A program made the translations under genes and the position numbers. From contig OZ231126.1 in assembly GCA_965153355.1 (NCBI GenBank), positions 34,162,001 to 34,226,000 of the forward strand: a stretch of DNA of 64,000 nt. Reading direction: 5' to 3'. Origin of the DNA: Flaccisagitta enflata. Its lineage: Eukaryota. The notes beneath the pieces are model-generated. The model saw nothing but the letters and a program-made list of their open reading frames with translations. It was not told the DNA's origin and did not search any database. Below, piece by piece: positions 1 through 14,266 of the stretch (the stretch's first letter is position 1; every line of letters begins with the position of its first letter).

Positions 1-186
1 GGTTTATCTTAATGTTGCTTAAACAAAATTTGATGGCTTAGCACTTGCCCCCACTTGAAAAAAATCACCCTGTAAATTCAATTTTCTTTTATCAATTTAC
101 TTTTTCTTGCAATTAACTTATGCAAGTGTGCGCATTTAAAATCATTAATAAAACATGTGGATCTTAATGTAATTACAAAATCATTA

Positions 187-620
187 CAGACTGCATGAAA
201 ATACAACGAGAGCAGTCGCGAGAAGTTACACAAATCTATAGCAGTACCCCCTACAGCCCATACAGTTAGTGATATGAGGTCAAATAGGGTATCAATCAAG
301 TGCTTAAGTGAATACAAGTGGCGCCATCGAGGCGATTTCTCAATTTCCTCCTATTTACGGAGATACAGGCTGCAGAAATGCTTTAATCAGGCTTTTTTCA
401 ACACTCTTCAAAACAGCAAATTTTGACCCTTTCAAGAGCTGTATCTCATGAACTGAGCTGAATCTTCCAAATCGCTCCGATGGCGCCACTTGTATTAACC
501 TAAGCTTTCAATTGGTACCCTACATGACCATATAGCACCTCCTAAATGGGCTGCAGGGGGTACTGCTATAGATTTGGGTCACGCTTCTGGACTGCTCTCG
601 TTGTATTTTCATTCAGTCTG
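187..620. mobile_element. Tc1/mariner-type MITE, almost entirely palindromic
   Basis: TA|CAGACTGCATGAAAATACAACGAGAGCAG ... CTGCTCTCGTTGTATTTTCATTCAGTCTG|TA; imperfect inverted arms of ~140 bp; TA on both sides (185-186, 621-622). Confidence 0.85.
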
Positions 621-917
621 TACACTGTTTCTTATTCAATTATTTAAAAAAAATGTACTTATAAGCTTTTTAATTTTGTCATTCAATTCTAATTTTTGAT
701 AGAAATGTACCTAGTATTAGTGAATAATGATTTTTTTATACTTTGTATAGTATCCTGAATAAAGAACGTTTAACGAATGTTTGAGGCTTTATTGGGTCTC
801 AAAAATTCGAGCATGAAGCCTTCGAAAATTAAGGTTTGTGCAAATTTCAGCCAATAACCTAACCAATCTTCCACCACCATTAATAATTCCATTGTCTCTT
901 CTTACCTCATTTTGCAG

Positions 918-1167
918 CACCCAATATTTTCCCGCTCAACTTCGCTCGTACTCCGACGTCCCTACGCATTTGCGACGTTACTTCGCCAAGATTTCCGGTC
1001 GGAAGGTGATTTGCAGTTGGATTGGGGAAAATGCGTTTACAGCTGTCTCCAAGTCAGAGATTCTCCCCCTTGGTCGCTCGGAGGACGATCGGCTTCGTGC
1101 CAGCGAGTCTCAAGAAATCACGCGCCGTTATTTGCTTGCTTTGGACATTCTTGACTCTATGGCTTAA
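918..1167 (+). CDS. Terminal coding exon, PWWP-like domain (host gene or transposon-derived)
   Basis: Acceptor cttacctcattttgcag| then open frame TQYFPAQLRSYSDVP...VICSWIGENAFTAVSKSEILPLGRSEDDRLRASESQEITRRYLLALDILDSMA* to TAA 1165-1167. Locally higher GC and non-repetitive. YFPA, V-x-W-x-G and the LPLG...D...Y..AL helix resemble BRPF-type PWWP domains (by eye only). Confidence 0.55.
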
Positions 1168-2027
1168 ATCTATCGATTGTTTTGTTTGCCGGTATCTGAC
1201 GAATGACCTTTTGTTTTTTAATGAATTTTTTTTCGCGTCATGCACTGGCTATTGCCGTGATTGATCTCACATTGCCCATTTGTGTAACCGCTTACTATGG
1301 ATCAAATGCCTTATCCCTTCGATTACATGATATTTTCTATGATAGTCTTATGTTTGCCTGGGGCTGATGGTGCAGCAATTTTGCACTTTTAAATCATATG
1401 TTCATATGTTTAATTGAATGCGTACAGACAGAAGATAGAAGATAGCAGATGGCAGATAGAAGCTTAGACAGCTTGGAAGCTGTGTAGCCAGTGACAAGTA
1501 GACTATACAAAACAATAATTGTGAATGAAACAGATATTTGATGTTGTCTATATTGATAACATGCAATAAGCTCAAAATATTGCTATTAACACCAACTAAG
1601 ATATTTCACAACCTCTGACTCTAAGAATATTCGCTCAGATGACTGTTACTGCATAGATGACCTTTACAGATAGATTACTGTGCGAACTTGCAAATATGTT
1701 GTAGGTAATGTCTGTCAGTCAGTTGGTCTTTCTGTCCGTCTGAAGGTCCATCACACAAATGTTGAGACCACGCAAAACTGCTGACTATGGCGTTTCACTT
1801 CATTGCTGTTACATCGCATGTTCTCCCTTATTCATTTTCATTCAATCGTTCATTCATCCATACATGATGCATTCATTCATTCATTCATTCATGATGTTCA
1901 GTCAACAAAAAAGGTTCATTCATACATTCTTAATCGGCGAGCTGCATGTATTGGCTATAACCTGGCCTTGCTATAGTTAAATGATCATGATATTGAAGCA
2001 TCAAATTGGTACGCCTTTGCATCATTT

Positions 2028-2189
2028 ATAGTCGCGTGCACGCGACTCTACAACCCGCTTTGTCCGTCCGTGCGTCGGTCGGTCGATGGTCGGTCATGTT
2101 TTACGTTTTTATGGTTTTATTTCTTTGACCTCAAATATGGCCCCTGCCCACCCGCACGCGACTTCGGTAGCCGTGTATACGGCCTTGTT
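2028..2189 (+). mobile_element. Helentron-associated non-autonomous element (HINE/DINE-1-like), family A
   Basis: 5' palindrome AGTCGCGTGCACGCGACT, (GTCC/GGTC)n, 3' repeat GCACGCGACT, hairpin GCCGTGTATACGGC, end CTTGTT. Confidence 0.7.
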
Positions 2190-2406
2190 CTTCTTTACAA
2201 TACTATATCTATTGTCAACTTAAACACAAAATAAGACAGACTTTTTTTGAAAACAAAATATGCTCTATCAATAAACTTTATTATCATTATTAGGAATATG
2301 GATTATAATGAAAAATATTTTATTTGTTTTTGAATATTTTTTGCTATTTGATGAATGATCTTAAAAGATATAAATTGATAACAGAGATTTTTTTAAATAT
2401 TCAAAT

Positions 2407-4040
2407 GAAAACTGTCACCCCAATAGTTTTTTCATTTGACTGTAACAGGGACTGAGGTTAATACCTTGTCTCTAAGAATCTGGTTGCCAAAAACAGGCAA
2501 AAATGGCCTACAATGGTCAAAACCTGCATTTTCTTCAAATTGATCATTGTTATTATAACACATTTTTTTGCCAATCTCACTCATTCTACTCAGAAATATA
2601 AAAAATATACCTATTAGGACTTTTAGAAACTTAAACCAGAGCCATTACAGGCCAAAAATGGCCTAACAAAACCAAAATCTGCATTTTCTTCAAACAAGTT
2701 GTGGTTATTCTGGATTTTTTTGCTAATCTCCTTTTCCACTCAGAACCTTTACACACTTATAACAGGGCCATAACAGGTCAAAAACAGGCCAAAAATGACC
2801 TATAATGGTCAAAATCTGTATTTTCATCCTTTGGACCATTGATATTCTGATTTTTTTTGCCAATCTCACTCATTCCATTCAGAACTAGGTAAAACATACC
2901 CCTGAGGACTGGACCTTTACAATAGCCTAAAATAGCCAAAATTGCATTTTCTTTAATCTGATGGTAGTTATTCAGAATTTTTTTGCCAACATCACTCATT
3001 TTACTTAAAGCAGGCCAAAAACAGGTCAAAATTAGCCTAATTTTGCTTCAACATCTAAAGATTCATTGTTCTTTTTATTTTTTTGCTAAGAAAGTGCAGA
3101 TTTTGGCTATTTCAAGTTATTTTTGACCTGTTATGGCCCTGGTGTAAGTGTCTAAAGGTCCTACAGGGTTTATTTTTCCGAGTTCTAAGTTGAATGAGTG
3201 AAATAAACCCAAAAATTCAGGATGATATCAACCCAGTAGATGAAAATGCAGATTTTGGCTGATCTAAGCAAATTTGGCCCGTTTTAGGCTTATTTTTAAG
3301 CCGATATAAGTTTTCATAAGTTAAAATGGGTATATTTTACCTAGTTTTGAGTGAAATGAGTGAGATTAACAAAAAAACTTAATATGATAATAATCAGCTT
3401 AAAGAAAATGCAGATTTTTGGCATTTTTGGTCATTTTTTGCCTGTTTTTGGTCTGTTAGGGCTCTAGTGTAAGTATATAAAGGTGCATATGGGTATATTT
3501 TTGCTAGTTTTGAGTGGAATGAGTGAGACTGGCAAAAGATACTAGAATAACAATGATCAAATTGCAGAAAATGCAGATTTTTGCTATTTTAGGCTATTTT
3601 TTGCCTGTTTTTGGCCTGTTATGGCCAAGATATGAGTTTTAAAACGTCTTATTACGTACGTTTTTCGTAATTGTGAGTGATTTGAGTGAGATTAACAAAA
3701 AGATTCAGAATAACAATGATCAGCTTGAAGAAAATGCAAATTTTCACAATTTTTGGCCATTTTTGGCCATTTTTGGCCTACTATGGCCCTCATGTAAGTT
3801 TTTAAAGGTCCTTGTTGGTATATTTTTTCTTTTTTTGAGTGGAATGAGTGAGATTGGCAAAAGAATTTAGAAAAACAAAGATCAGCTTGAAGAAAATGCA
3901 GATTTTGGCCATTTTAGGCCATTTTAAGCCTATTTTTGGCCCTGTATGAGGTTGGTATGGTCGCCAAATTGTTGGAGATAGAGTACTTACCTTAGTTCCT
4001 GTTAGGATCAAATGAAAAACCCATTGAAGTGACAATCAGA
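2407..4040. mobile_element. Old foldback-like inverted element with internal degenerate tandem repeats
   Basis: 2407-2490 (tgtcaccccaatagttttttcatttgactgtaacagggactgaggt) mirrors 3958-4040 (accttagttcctgttaggatcaaatgaaaaacccattgaagtgaca). Units ccaatctcactcattc on the left become gaatgagtgagattgg on the right; orientation flips at ~3060. Outer ends uncertain. Confidence 0.6.
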
Positions 4041-5520
4041 TGCTCAAAATAGCTAAAAGAGGCATTTTTTCCCCTAAAATTGCCAAAAAAATGGATTTTT
4101 GAAAGGGAGGCCTCAAAAATATTCAAAAATGAAGGTCAGATTTGTGTTCAGCATGAAAAAATATGTCAGTATAGTGAAGTTTCAGAGTTTTTTGGAGATT
4201 TTGTACTTAAATTTCTTTAAGCTCCCTGATTATTAGCTGATTTTATCAATTTTTAGTCAAATTTAGTCATATTTTGGAAACGAAAGCAGATTTTGCATTC
4301 AAATTTTTGCTGGTAACATATTTCAAGTACCTACATTAACCTGTTTCATCAGTTTTGTAAAAACCGAATTTTCATTTTTGAACCCCTTTGACACACTAAA
4401 TGTTGCCTTCGGAGGAACGCCGTCATAAGATATTTTTATACAATTTAGATATTTATGAACATCAAACAAATTAAGAACACTTTAAGAGAATTTCAGGCTG
4501 AAAACAGACAAAAATTTAAGAACACCCAGGCTGAGTTCAAAAAAGCTGTCTCTTATATAAAAAAAAAAGTGTAACCTGTGTTTCTAAGGCAAAAGTCTGC
4601 AGCTAATATGACGAATTATTGATTTCAATTTGAAAGGACTAAAGTTGCAAATTTTTTTGATTTAATGTGGATAAATTTGCCTTACTGGCGGAACCTTTGA
4701 AGCGGGCTTCAAGTGTACACGAACGCTAAGACGAATCAAGCGAACACCTAAACGGATACAAATCAATCATCATACGAATTGTATATACAATCATGTTATT
4801 CCTATAAAGTTTTAGGATGAAATTTTGACACTGCACACTTATCATATGACACAAGTCAGCATCGGTGTAGGGGAGCAAAAAGCTCAGGGACATCCATGCC
4901 ATTTTCAAGCCCGACAGCAACTTCAAGCCCGACATAATAAACCTATATTTTGCAGCCTTTACTAAGCTTTTTTGCAACAATAATTAAGCTTTTTATGCTT
5001 AAGCTAGCTCTTTGAAACGAAAAACAACTTGTTTTTAAATTTCTTTCATTTTTCTATTTTTTTCTCATCTTTTTCTACTTTTTTTTCTCTTCTTCCTTTC
5101 CTTCTTATCAATCTTTTTACTGAATTCTCAGCCCGACAGACTATCCAGCCCAACAAACAGGGCCGTCCATGGACAGCCTGGATGTCCCTTGTCCTACATT
5201 GATGCAAGTCAGCATTGTCAATGGCCACTGTATAGGACGAATGTGGATGGGCAGCCGGCCTCGGCTTTGTTTATTTCTAGTAATTCTGTAAACCATTACA
5301 CTGAGTGATGAATAGATGGACCGAACAATCACGGGTGTGCAGGAGCGTACAACTCCCCTCCAACCAAACACTTCGGAACACAGCCACTGCATCTAAAATG
5401 CGCGTTTTCACACTTTACACTCGAGCATTTTGAAGGGACAGACAAACCGACGGACGGACGGATGGACAGAGTCTCTTTTACAGTCATGAGTGCGCGACTA
5501 AAAAAGAGATTTCCCTTTTT

Positions 5521-6565
5521 GGGCAGCGGCCCCGAAGACGCCGATGACCTATGCTTTCACACATATGGGGAATTTTCCCTTTTTTTGGGCAGCGGCCCCG
5601 AAGGGGACGAAGTCCTGTAGAACACAGGGGGACTTTCGTTCGTCCGTTCGTGCGTTGGTGCGTCCCCCCCCCCCATTAGGCCCCTCAAGCCCCAAATCTG
5701 GCCTCTGAGACCTTGAATCTGGCCTCTCGGGCCTCAAATCCAGCCTGTTAGGCCTCAAACCTGGCCTCTTAGGCATCAAATAAGGCTTCTCAGGCCTCAA
5801 ACCTGGCCTCTCAGGCCTCAAATTAGGCCTCTCAGGCCTCAAATCAGCTATCTAAGCCTCAATTTATTGCTCTCAGGCTTCAAATCAGTCCTCTGACCTT
5901 TCAAGCCTTAATCCAGCTCTCTCAAGCCTCAAGTCAGCCCTCTAAAGCTTCCCATTGGCATTCTGAGGCATTATATTAGCCTTCTTAGGCCTCAGTTTAG
6001 GCTCTTGGAGACCTTCAGTAAGCCCTCTATAGTAGCTTATCCACTTCTTCAGGCAGGACGAACGAAAGTCCCCCTGTGCTCTACAGGACTTTGTCCCCTT
6101 TGGGGCCGCTGCCCTGCTTCCCCTCACTCCAATTCACAATCACTCAAAGCAGGGCAACGGGTATCGCTGACCACATATTGCCCTTTTTTTTCTCCTACGT
6201 GCCCCCCCCTTACCTCCAGGCTTAAATCTTAGCCTCGAGGCCAAAATCCAGCTTAAGGCCAAAATCCCATCTTCAAGGCCAAAATCCCAGCCTGGAGGGA
6301 TTTGGGCTTCAAGACTGGCATTTGAGCCTCGAGGCAGGGATATGGGCCTCAAGGCTGAGATATGGGCCTGGAAGTTAGGGGGCTGAGCAGGAGAAGGGGG
6401 AAAAGAAGAAGATGTAGAGGGAGAAAATTCCCTATATGTGTTAAAGAATAGATCATTGACCCCTTCAGGGCCTTTGCCCTGCGCCCTCCTAAACTTCCAG
6501 CATAACCTACAGGGCATTATCTATTGGCAACGGGTACCGCTGACCATCTAACGCTTTTGCGACTT
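5521..6565 (+). mobile_element. HINE-like family B1 with a family B2 copy nested at ~5587-6183
   Basis: Two heads GGGCAGCGGCCCCGAAG (5521, 5587); 20-21-bp ggcctcaaat minisatellites; two tails GGCAACGGGTA(T/C)CGCTGACC. The inner copy sits in a T-run. Confidence 0.7.
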
Positions 6566-6728
6566 TTTCAATTTTCTCATTTCAAACCCTCGCCAAAATT
6601 AAGCCGAATAATCTTGTGCCGTTGCTCGACTTTGGCTACAAAGACGACTTGACGCTGACGAGTCGCCAATGCGAAAAACGGCGTTGGCAGGTCACCAAAA
6701 TAAATCACCAACTCAAAACCTCTTCCTT

Positions 6729-6845
6729 TTTAGTTGCGGACACGCAACTCTACAAGAGGCTTTTTCCGTCCGTCGGTCCGTCGGTCCATGGGTCATGCTC
6801 CAGTTGAAAGTGCAAAAACGCGCATTTATGATGCTGTTGATGCTG

Positions 6846-6937
<92 letters not shown>

Positions 6938-7023
6938 TGTGTCTGTGTGTCTGTGTCTGTGTCTGTGTCTGTGTGTGTGTCTGTGTGTGTGTGTGTGTGT
7001 GTTGTGACCCCACGTCACTTGTT
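6729..7023 (+). mobile_element. HINE family A variant containing a (TG)n tract
   Basis: TTTAGTTGCGGACACGCAACTCTA head, GTCC/GGTC repeats, (TG)n 6851-7000, tail gtgaccccacgtcacttgtt. Confidence 0.6.
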
Positions 7024-8451
7024 TAATCCTTTTCCCATCTCATCTCTTTACCAACGCTGCTATCCAAATCAAGCAGAGTGAAATCCATCTCATCATAAAG
7101 CCTTCGAAATCTAACTTTTTTAACTGATCTAAAAAGAATGGAATTCGAGTGCTATGAAGGTATTTTTACACACCTTTTTTTACTCGCCTGATAGGCTCAT
7201 CTCTCTGTCGGTCGGGGTTTTTTTTTCTCTCTTTTTTTTTTTTGTCTTTTTTTTTCTTTGCGTCGCTGTCCCTTCCTGAGCGACCTCCCACATCACTACC
7301 CCTGCTGATAGGTTCATCACACATTTGCTTTTACGTCAAGGTGCACACGAAGGGGCAATTTCCACGGCCAAATCACATTCTACAAAAAAATTAAAATGAT
7401 TGATTTTAAAAGAAACTATATGATAAATGATAGTTTTTAAAAGAAACTATATTTCTAATATTTATTATTCATTTTCATTGAGAATCATTTATGTATGCAA
7501 AATCAGTTGGAAAAATTGAGAAAAGTTAACTTGTCTCAGATGAAATTCTAAATCTCTCTCTGAATGCAAAAATTTGCATTTTTGAAAAGATGGCCCTATT
7601 CTAAAGACATAAGAAAAAGATCATTTTCTTGGAAATGTTAATTTTTGCATTCTGATAGAGATTAGGAACTTCACGAGAAATGATCTCCCAAAGGCCCAAA
7701 TTTGCTGCTTATGTGCACCGCGACTTACATTGTTTTCAGCTTTGAATTATTTTGCATCATTGCCCTTCTCCAAACGCTTTTGTAGCTTGTTAGATCACTT
7801 CTGAATCAAGGATTATCGGGTAAAAAAGTCGAAGTCAGTCTTCGACTTTTTGACATATTCGAGAGAAACAGGGTTATCATTTTCTTATGCGGAAGTTGTG
7901 AATCTCCACCGACCGAATGTGGCCTCTTATGAAATTGATAGGGTAAGTAAATTTGATAATTCTCTTTCATTTGGCGCCAAGCAGAATGCTCTACGACAAA
8001 TATTTTTCGCGTTATGATTTTTTAAAGATTTATTTATGAAAATTGTGAATTGAATTTTTTTCAATTTTTTATGATTTTGAGTAGGATCAAAAAAGGAGTG
8101 TATTTATGTTTGTTTGAGCATGCAAACACAAGAAAACATGTTTATGAGCATAGCTGCTTATCTGTGAGGGTGTTTTGGAAGATTCTAGCTCATTTAGCTC
8201 ATTTAGCTCAGATTCTTTTTTTTATTTTAAATGTGATAAATGAATAGATATTTTGATACATGTTTAAGAAAGCATATACAAAAAAAGCGTATCAGTGAGC
8301 TTAACTGTTCATCTGTGAGGGTGTTTTTAAGCATTTTAGCTCACTTAGCTCATTGAGCTCATTTTTTTTCTCTGATTTTTAATGGGATAAATAAATGTTT
8401 TGATGGGAGCATGTAAATACAAGAAAGCATGTCAGTAAGCATAGCTGATTG

Positions 8452-9475
8452 TAGGACCCAAAGTAGTTAAGGTTTTAAAATTAACTAGTTAATAGTTAAC
8501 TAACTACTTTTTTCGGTAGTTAATTATTAAAAGTAGTTAAGAATTTTAGCCTTTTTTCGTTATATCAAATGAAATATCTTCATAAAGACTGGCATTCCTA
8601 TCGAATTTTTACAAAGGCATATTCGTCCCAGTAGTTGTTGGCTCAAACATCTTAGTGATTTCTGATTTTACTATAAAAAAAATTCTGTCATTTGCAAATT
8701 TTCATGAATTTTTCTATAAATCCCTTAGATTTGGGAAAAAATAATGGATTTTTGTCTTTTTGCACCCAAAAATAATAAAGTAGTTAACTAGTTAATTTTA
8801 GTTAGTTAATCACAGAGGTTTTCATAATTTTAACTACTACCAGAATTAAAAAAAACGCAAGTTTTTCTATCGCTCATTTTTGCGCCTTTGGTTCACTTGG
8901 GGCATGATTTATCAGTGACCAAATTGAAGATTTTTTCAAGGGCTTTCTTTGAGCGCAATCCCACATCTGTAGCTTTATTCGTTTAGAAGTTATACTCAAA
9001 TGAAGTTGCAGGAGTCAAAATTTTGAAATGCAGTAAGAGGAAAAAAAAGGTTATTTTTGGTTGAAGGTGATGGATTAATTGAACTGCCATGAGAAATCAG
9101 GCCTTGTTCTACCCATGCGGTCTGCCTTTATTGTTCTCATATTTGCGTTCCTCAATGTCTGTGATGAAAAACAAAGCACTGACTGTGATCAATTATGATA
9201 AAACCTTCAAAATTGTCATGGGCTCTGACTGAAAATCAAAAGCAAAAATTTCTCAAGTACATGTAATTTTTGCAAGGCTATTTCTCCGCATTAACTTGAT
9301 TTCTCTGACCAAAACTCTTAAATATGATGCAAGGAAGCTCAAATTAACCAAACCAGCTCACAAAATGTTGCTTGCAAGAAAAAAGGAGTCCAATTCAAAC
9401 ACTTCTATGAAAAACTTGCGTTTTTTTAAATTCTGGTAGTAGTTAATTAGTTAAAGTTAACTACTTCGAGCCCTA
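8452..9475. mobile_element. hAT-type MITE
   Basis: TIRs TAGGACCCAAAGTAGTTAA / TTAACTACTTCGAGCCCTA; perfect 8-bp TSD GCTGATTG (8444-8451, 9476-9483); subterminal AGTTAACT repeats. Confidence 0.85.
8837..9439. mobile_element. Tc1/mariner-type MITE nested in the hAT MITE
   Basis: TA|CTACCAGAATTAAAAAAAACGCAAGTTTTT ... AAAAACTTGCGTTTTTTTTAAATTCTGGTAG|TA; removing it restores the host motif taactagttaa. Confidence 0.8.
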
Positions 9476-10607
9476 GCTGATTGTCTAGTTGAGTGATTTT
9501 GAGCATTTTAGCTCATCTAGCTCATTTGGCTCACTCCTATTGTTCTCTGATTTTCAGTGCAATCAATGCATACAATTGCTATTGATTTGATCTAATAGAA
9601 AAAAAGATTTACAGTGACTATAGACAAAAGCTTGGTGAAAAGTGACCAATGCTTACGACTTTTTTCCTCACGGCGACAGCCGCCATTACTGGTACTAAAA
9701 CTCTATTTACGTCTTGACAATTATCTTTGGAAAAGGCTTTCTACCAAGCTTCTGTCAAGCATTCGATTTGAAACAGGAAATGTAATATCTCTGAGAGGAG
9801 CCTTAATTTAACTAAGCCTGATAATAGGTGGGAAATTTCCAGCTACAAACGCAAAGTACTAGTCAAAAAAATAGATAAGTGAATGAGGGGCTGTCTTAAC
9901 TTGCTGGGTGTAAGTGGACAATGCTCGGTTCCAGGTGGAACATATCGCGCTTTTGAGTTTTAAATGTGTACTATCATCATAAATTCTTCAACAATCAAGC
10001 AACCGCAGCTGCTTTCAAGTCCTCTGCCGCTGCTCCTGCAGGTGCTGCCGCATTTCCAATAGAAAGAAAAACAAAAGAACAGTTTTTGCCAGTAATTTCT
10101 TATGTAACACAATAAAAGGCTTAGGCGATTGGTGATTTTTGATAGGACAAGGTCAAATTTACGTCAGAACTGAAAGTTAAGACAGTCTATAACTCCCCGA
10201 TGTGCCCTAAATCCCGGAATTCTCGATACATTGGATGCCTACTGATAAAACTGAAAGTGTCATCGCCAGCTCCATCAGCAATTCCCAATACCATTTTTTC
10301 GTTCAAGGGAAAAAAAGAAGAGAATGATAATGAGAAAGATTGGATGCCATTATGTGGGGATGGAACAATTTGGATGAAATTTATCTAGAAAACGACTTCC
10401 ACAATTGATTGAAACCACGTACATTGATTTTCCCTGATGAGGGGGTGGGGGGGGGGGGGAGAGCAAGATAAGCGAAAAAGATGCCTCCAGAGATTCCCAG
10501 ATTTACTCTGGTATTACTTCTAACAGGAAATTTTGCAATTTGAAAACTGTATTTCAGACAAGCGGACGCATACGCAATTACGCAGATGCGGCCAGCATTT
10601 TACTTGC

Positions 10608-10694
<87 letters not shown>

Positions 10695-11012
10695 CCCCTG
10701 CCCCCTTCCCCCTCCGCGGGTCATTTTCGGCTTTCCGCTAAGCAAATGCTGAATTGCGCTTGCAGATATATCGCACCTACCCTAGCTGCCTTTTTTGTCC
10801 ACTGCTCTTTACTCTTTTTGCGTCCTGTTTCATCTTGAAGAGGGGGAAGGGGGGGGGAGTAATGAACCGCCCCTCGAATAACCGAATAACTTTCTATCGA
10901 ATAAATCGGCGACTGTCTCACGCGCGAGACTCGTCTTAAAAATTCGATCAACGAAACGACCGCTCGACCATCCCAGGAATAAATGACCCTACTTACCCAC
11001 CGATCGAACAGG

Positions 11013-11089
<77 letters not shown>

Positions 11090-13235
11090 AGAGAAAGAGA
11101 GCAGACAGACAGACAGACAGACAGACAGAATCAGGCAGGCAGTCACGCAGACGAATGAAGAAAATGATTGCGTGATTGATGTCCGGTAAATAGAAAGATA
11201 GAAGGTGAAAAACAGGTTAAGAAACTAAAACACTGAGAGGATGATGTAAAAGAAGGAAGGTCAAAAGACTAAAGAGAAAGAGTCAAAGAGGTTGATAGAG
11301 GATAAGAAAAAAAAAAAACAGAGAGACATTTGTAACAGAGAGACATTTGTAACAGAGAGACATTTGTAAAAAGACAGATGAGCAAAAATACAGGCAGAAA
11401 ACTAAAGAAAAAAGAGAGATGACGAAAAAAGACAGCGACAGACGGAGAGATATAGGATGAGGAGAGAGATGACCAAAAAGACAGAGACAGAGCCACATAG
11501 AAAAAAGAAAGAGATGAACGGATTCTGACATCTCGCGACTTCCTTCTCAATTATCCATCGTCCATTAGGCAACCGATCAAGGCTCTATATACGACCGCCT
11601 CTCGGGCTCTCTGAGCGGTTCAGATTGGCTAACACCGGCCCGCTGCGATGCGACGCAACGCGGTTAGAGGCAAACGTTCCAGGCTCCGGGCTGGTAAATT
11701 GGGCTTAATCAAACTGCGGCGTTAAAAGCGTTTTGATACTCAAGATCCGGCCACGGAGCCAACCCCATTATCGTTGCCACATCATATCACCCCCTATCGC
11801 CGTCCTCGTGAGCACATTGGCACTTAAGATGTTATTGCCCGTTTCATCCCCATCTCGCATCTCCTGCCTGCCCCCTCTCCCACCATCTATTTTCACTTCA
11901 AGCCCCTAGTTCCGTCATCTTTTACTCAAATGCATCAGGTCTCACCCCGGTCGATTTCCTCTCATGTACTTTGCGGAGTGAAATCTACTTAGCGCAAATT
12001 CATTATCGTCGTAGTGCATTGACCAGTCTGCTAGAGCGATAAGTAACCGAAGGACACATACAGTTAAACCCAGCTCCAACGGATTTCAAGGGACTAAAAA
12101 GTTTTATCTCTTATAAGCGGAATTCTGTCATAACAGGGTGTCCAATAAATTTGGTAAAAGCATTATTGCACAAAAAATATACTTCCAGAGGGCCCAATAA
12201 TAGTAAGGGGACACCTAATTTAAATATCATGATTACCATTAATTTTTTGGTCAATTCACACTTATATACACTTGATAAGATGATTTAGGTCGATCGCTAC
12301 CTTCAGATTGCACTTTTGAGCACAATAAGCCTGCAAAAATGATGCTAGATTTGCCTCAAAATAATCGTTGATGACATGTCTTCACGTTTTAGGCCATATC
12401 TCCTACATTTTTTAAGATAAATATAAAAAGAGTTTTTTCAGACGAATCGACTGGTACCTTTGGCGCGAATATTGGTCCAACCGTTCAGAAGTTATTTCTT
12501 TGTAAAGGCTAAAAAAGAAATGTAAATCATTCAAAATGGGCAAATATGGCAATTTTCAGTACACAATCGATGATTAGTTGCGGTTTTTTAGGCCAACTGC
12601 TTAAACATGACCACCGCTAAAGAAGGTATGGTACCGAGAGCAGTTTATCACAAAAAACTGGATCAGATATAACTAAAAACAGGTAAAAACTAAGCAAAAA
12701 TGGACAAATACTGCATTTCCAAATAAATAAGCATTGCTTGGTTGATTTTTTTTTTTTGGCTTATATAAATTGGCCAATTGAGATCAAACAAAACCACATT
12801 GTGCTCGAGAATTTTCTATTCAATTCAACATCAAATTGGGCCTAAAACAGGTCAAAACTTAGTCAAAATGGGCAAAATCCGAATTTCTATGTGTGAAACT
12901 GCGTTCAGTGTTCAAACTGTTCTGGAATTCATCAAGCATTGGGTGGGTCCTGTAAAATTGCATTGAATTCATTATGGACGGCTTCAATTCAACCATGGCT
13001 GGATACACGGCTGCCCAGTCGCGTGCGGGTGGGCACTGGACAAGGACCATTTTTTAGGTCACTTGATCACTTGAGAAAGTGCTTTGAGGCCAAACCCCCC
13101 AAAACAGTAAAGTGTGATGGACGGACGTACTGATGGACCAACAAACAGGGGGTAGAGACTAGAGTTGCGTAGTACGCGACTAAAAATGTGACGGACCGAT
13201 GGACGGATTTAGCGACGGACTGATGGACTGAAGTT

Positions 13236-13325
<90 letters not shown>

Positions 13326-13418
13326 ACACACACACACGCACGCGCGCGCGCGCGCACACACACAAACACAAACACACACAAACACACACAAACACACACA
13401 AACAAACACAAACAAACA

Positions 13419-13484
<66 letters not shown>

Positions 13485-13943
13485 CAAAGATAGAGGAAGA
13501 CTGAGAGAAAGAATAACCACAAAGCATGAGATGCATTCAGAGAAGAACATGCATTGAAGAAAAAAAACACCCATTTACGACTTTTTTCCGGTCGGCGATC
13601 AGCCGCCTTCATTCAAGGCCGGAAACACGGCAATCCAGTTGCGGACGGTTGGGCAGGAGCAGTAATGCAAAAACCGCTCAGAACTAAAAAATGTGACAGT
13701 CCTACCGATCGACCTACCGACCTACCGACCAACCCGGTAAGGTGTAGAGTCGCGTGTCCGCAACTAAAAAGGCTAATTCAAGCATTTTAGTAGGAGCAGT
13801 ATTGCATAATCACCTGTAAACACATAAAAGAAAGAAAAAAAGACCGAAACTGGGAAGGACGGACAGACAGACCAACCAACTTAGCAGATTATAGAATAGC
13901 ATGCACGCGATTAAAAAGGAAGGGAGAAAGGATGATAGGAAAG

Positions 13944-14266
13944 CAGGCCTGTAGATTCTTGAGTTTCCCCCCCCCCCCGGTGGGGGGGGGGAAATCAAAG
14001 GGTCTGGAGATGGGGAAGGAAATGAAAGGGGGAAAAAAGAGAAAAAAAGGAAATTTGGGGAAAATATAACTTTTTACAGTACCAAATCATAAAACTCAAT
14101 TAGTAAAACACAATTTAACACTATGTAAACCTTAACTACATAGTTTTATTGCTATATGGGAAAGAAAATCATGGATATAAAAACGCGACACGACGCATCG
14201 CGGGGAAAAAAATCAAAGGCAGGGGGGGAAAAAAAATCAAAAGCGACTCAAGAATATACACCCCTG
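13944..14266 (+). mobile_element. hAT-type MITE, copy 1
   Basis: TIRs CAGGCCTGTAGATTCTTGAGT / ACTCAAGAATATACACCCCTG; perfect 8-bp TSD TAGGAAAG; near-identical inverted copy at 37590-37913. Confidence 0.9.

Noticed and set aside
11580-11760. GC/CpG-rich unique stretch as a promoter or ncRNA
   Set aside because: No recognisable RNA family or diagnostic motif; cannot be supported from sequence alone.
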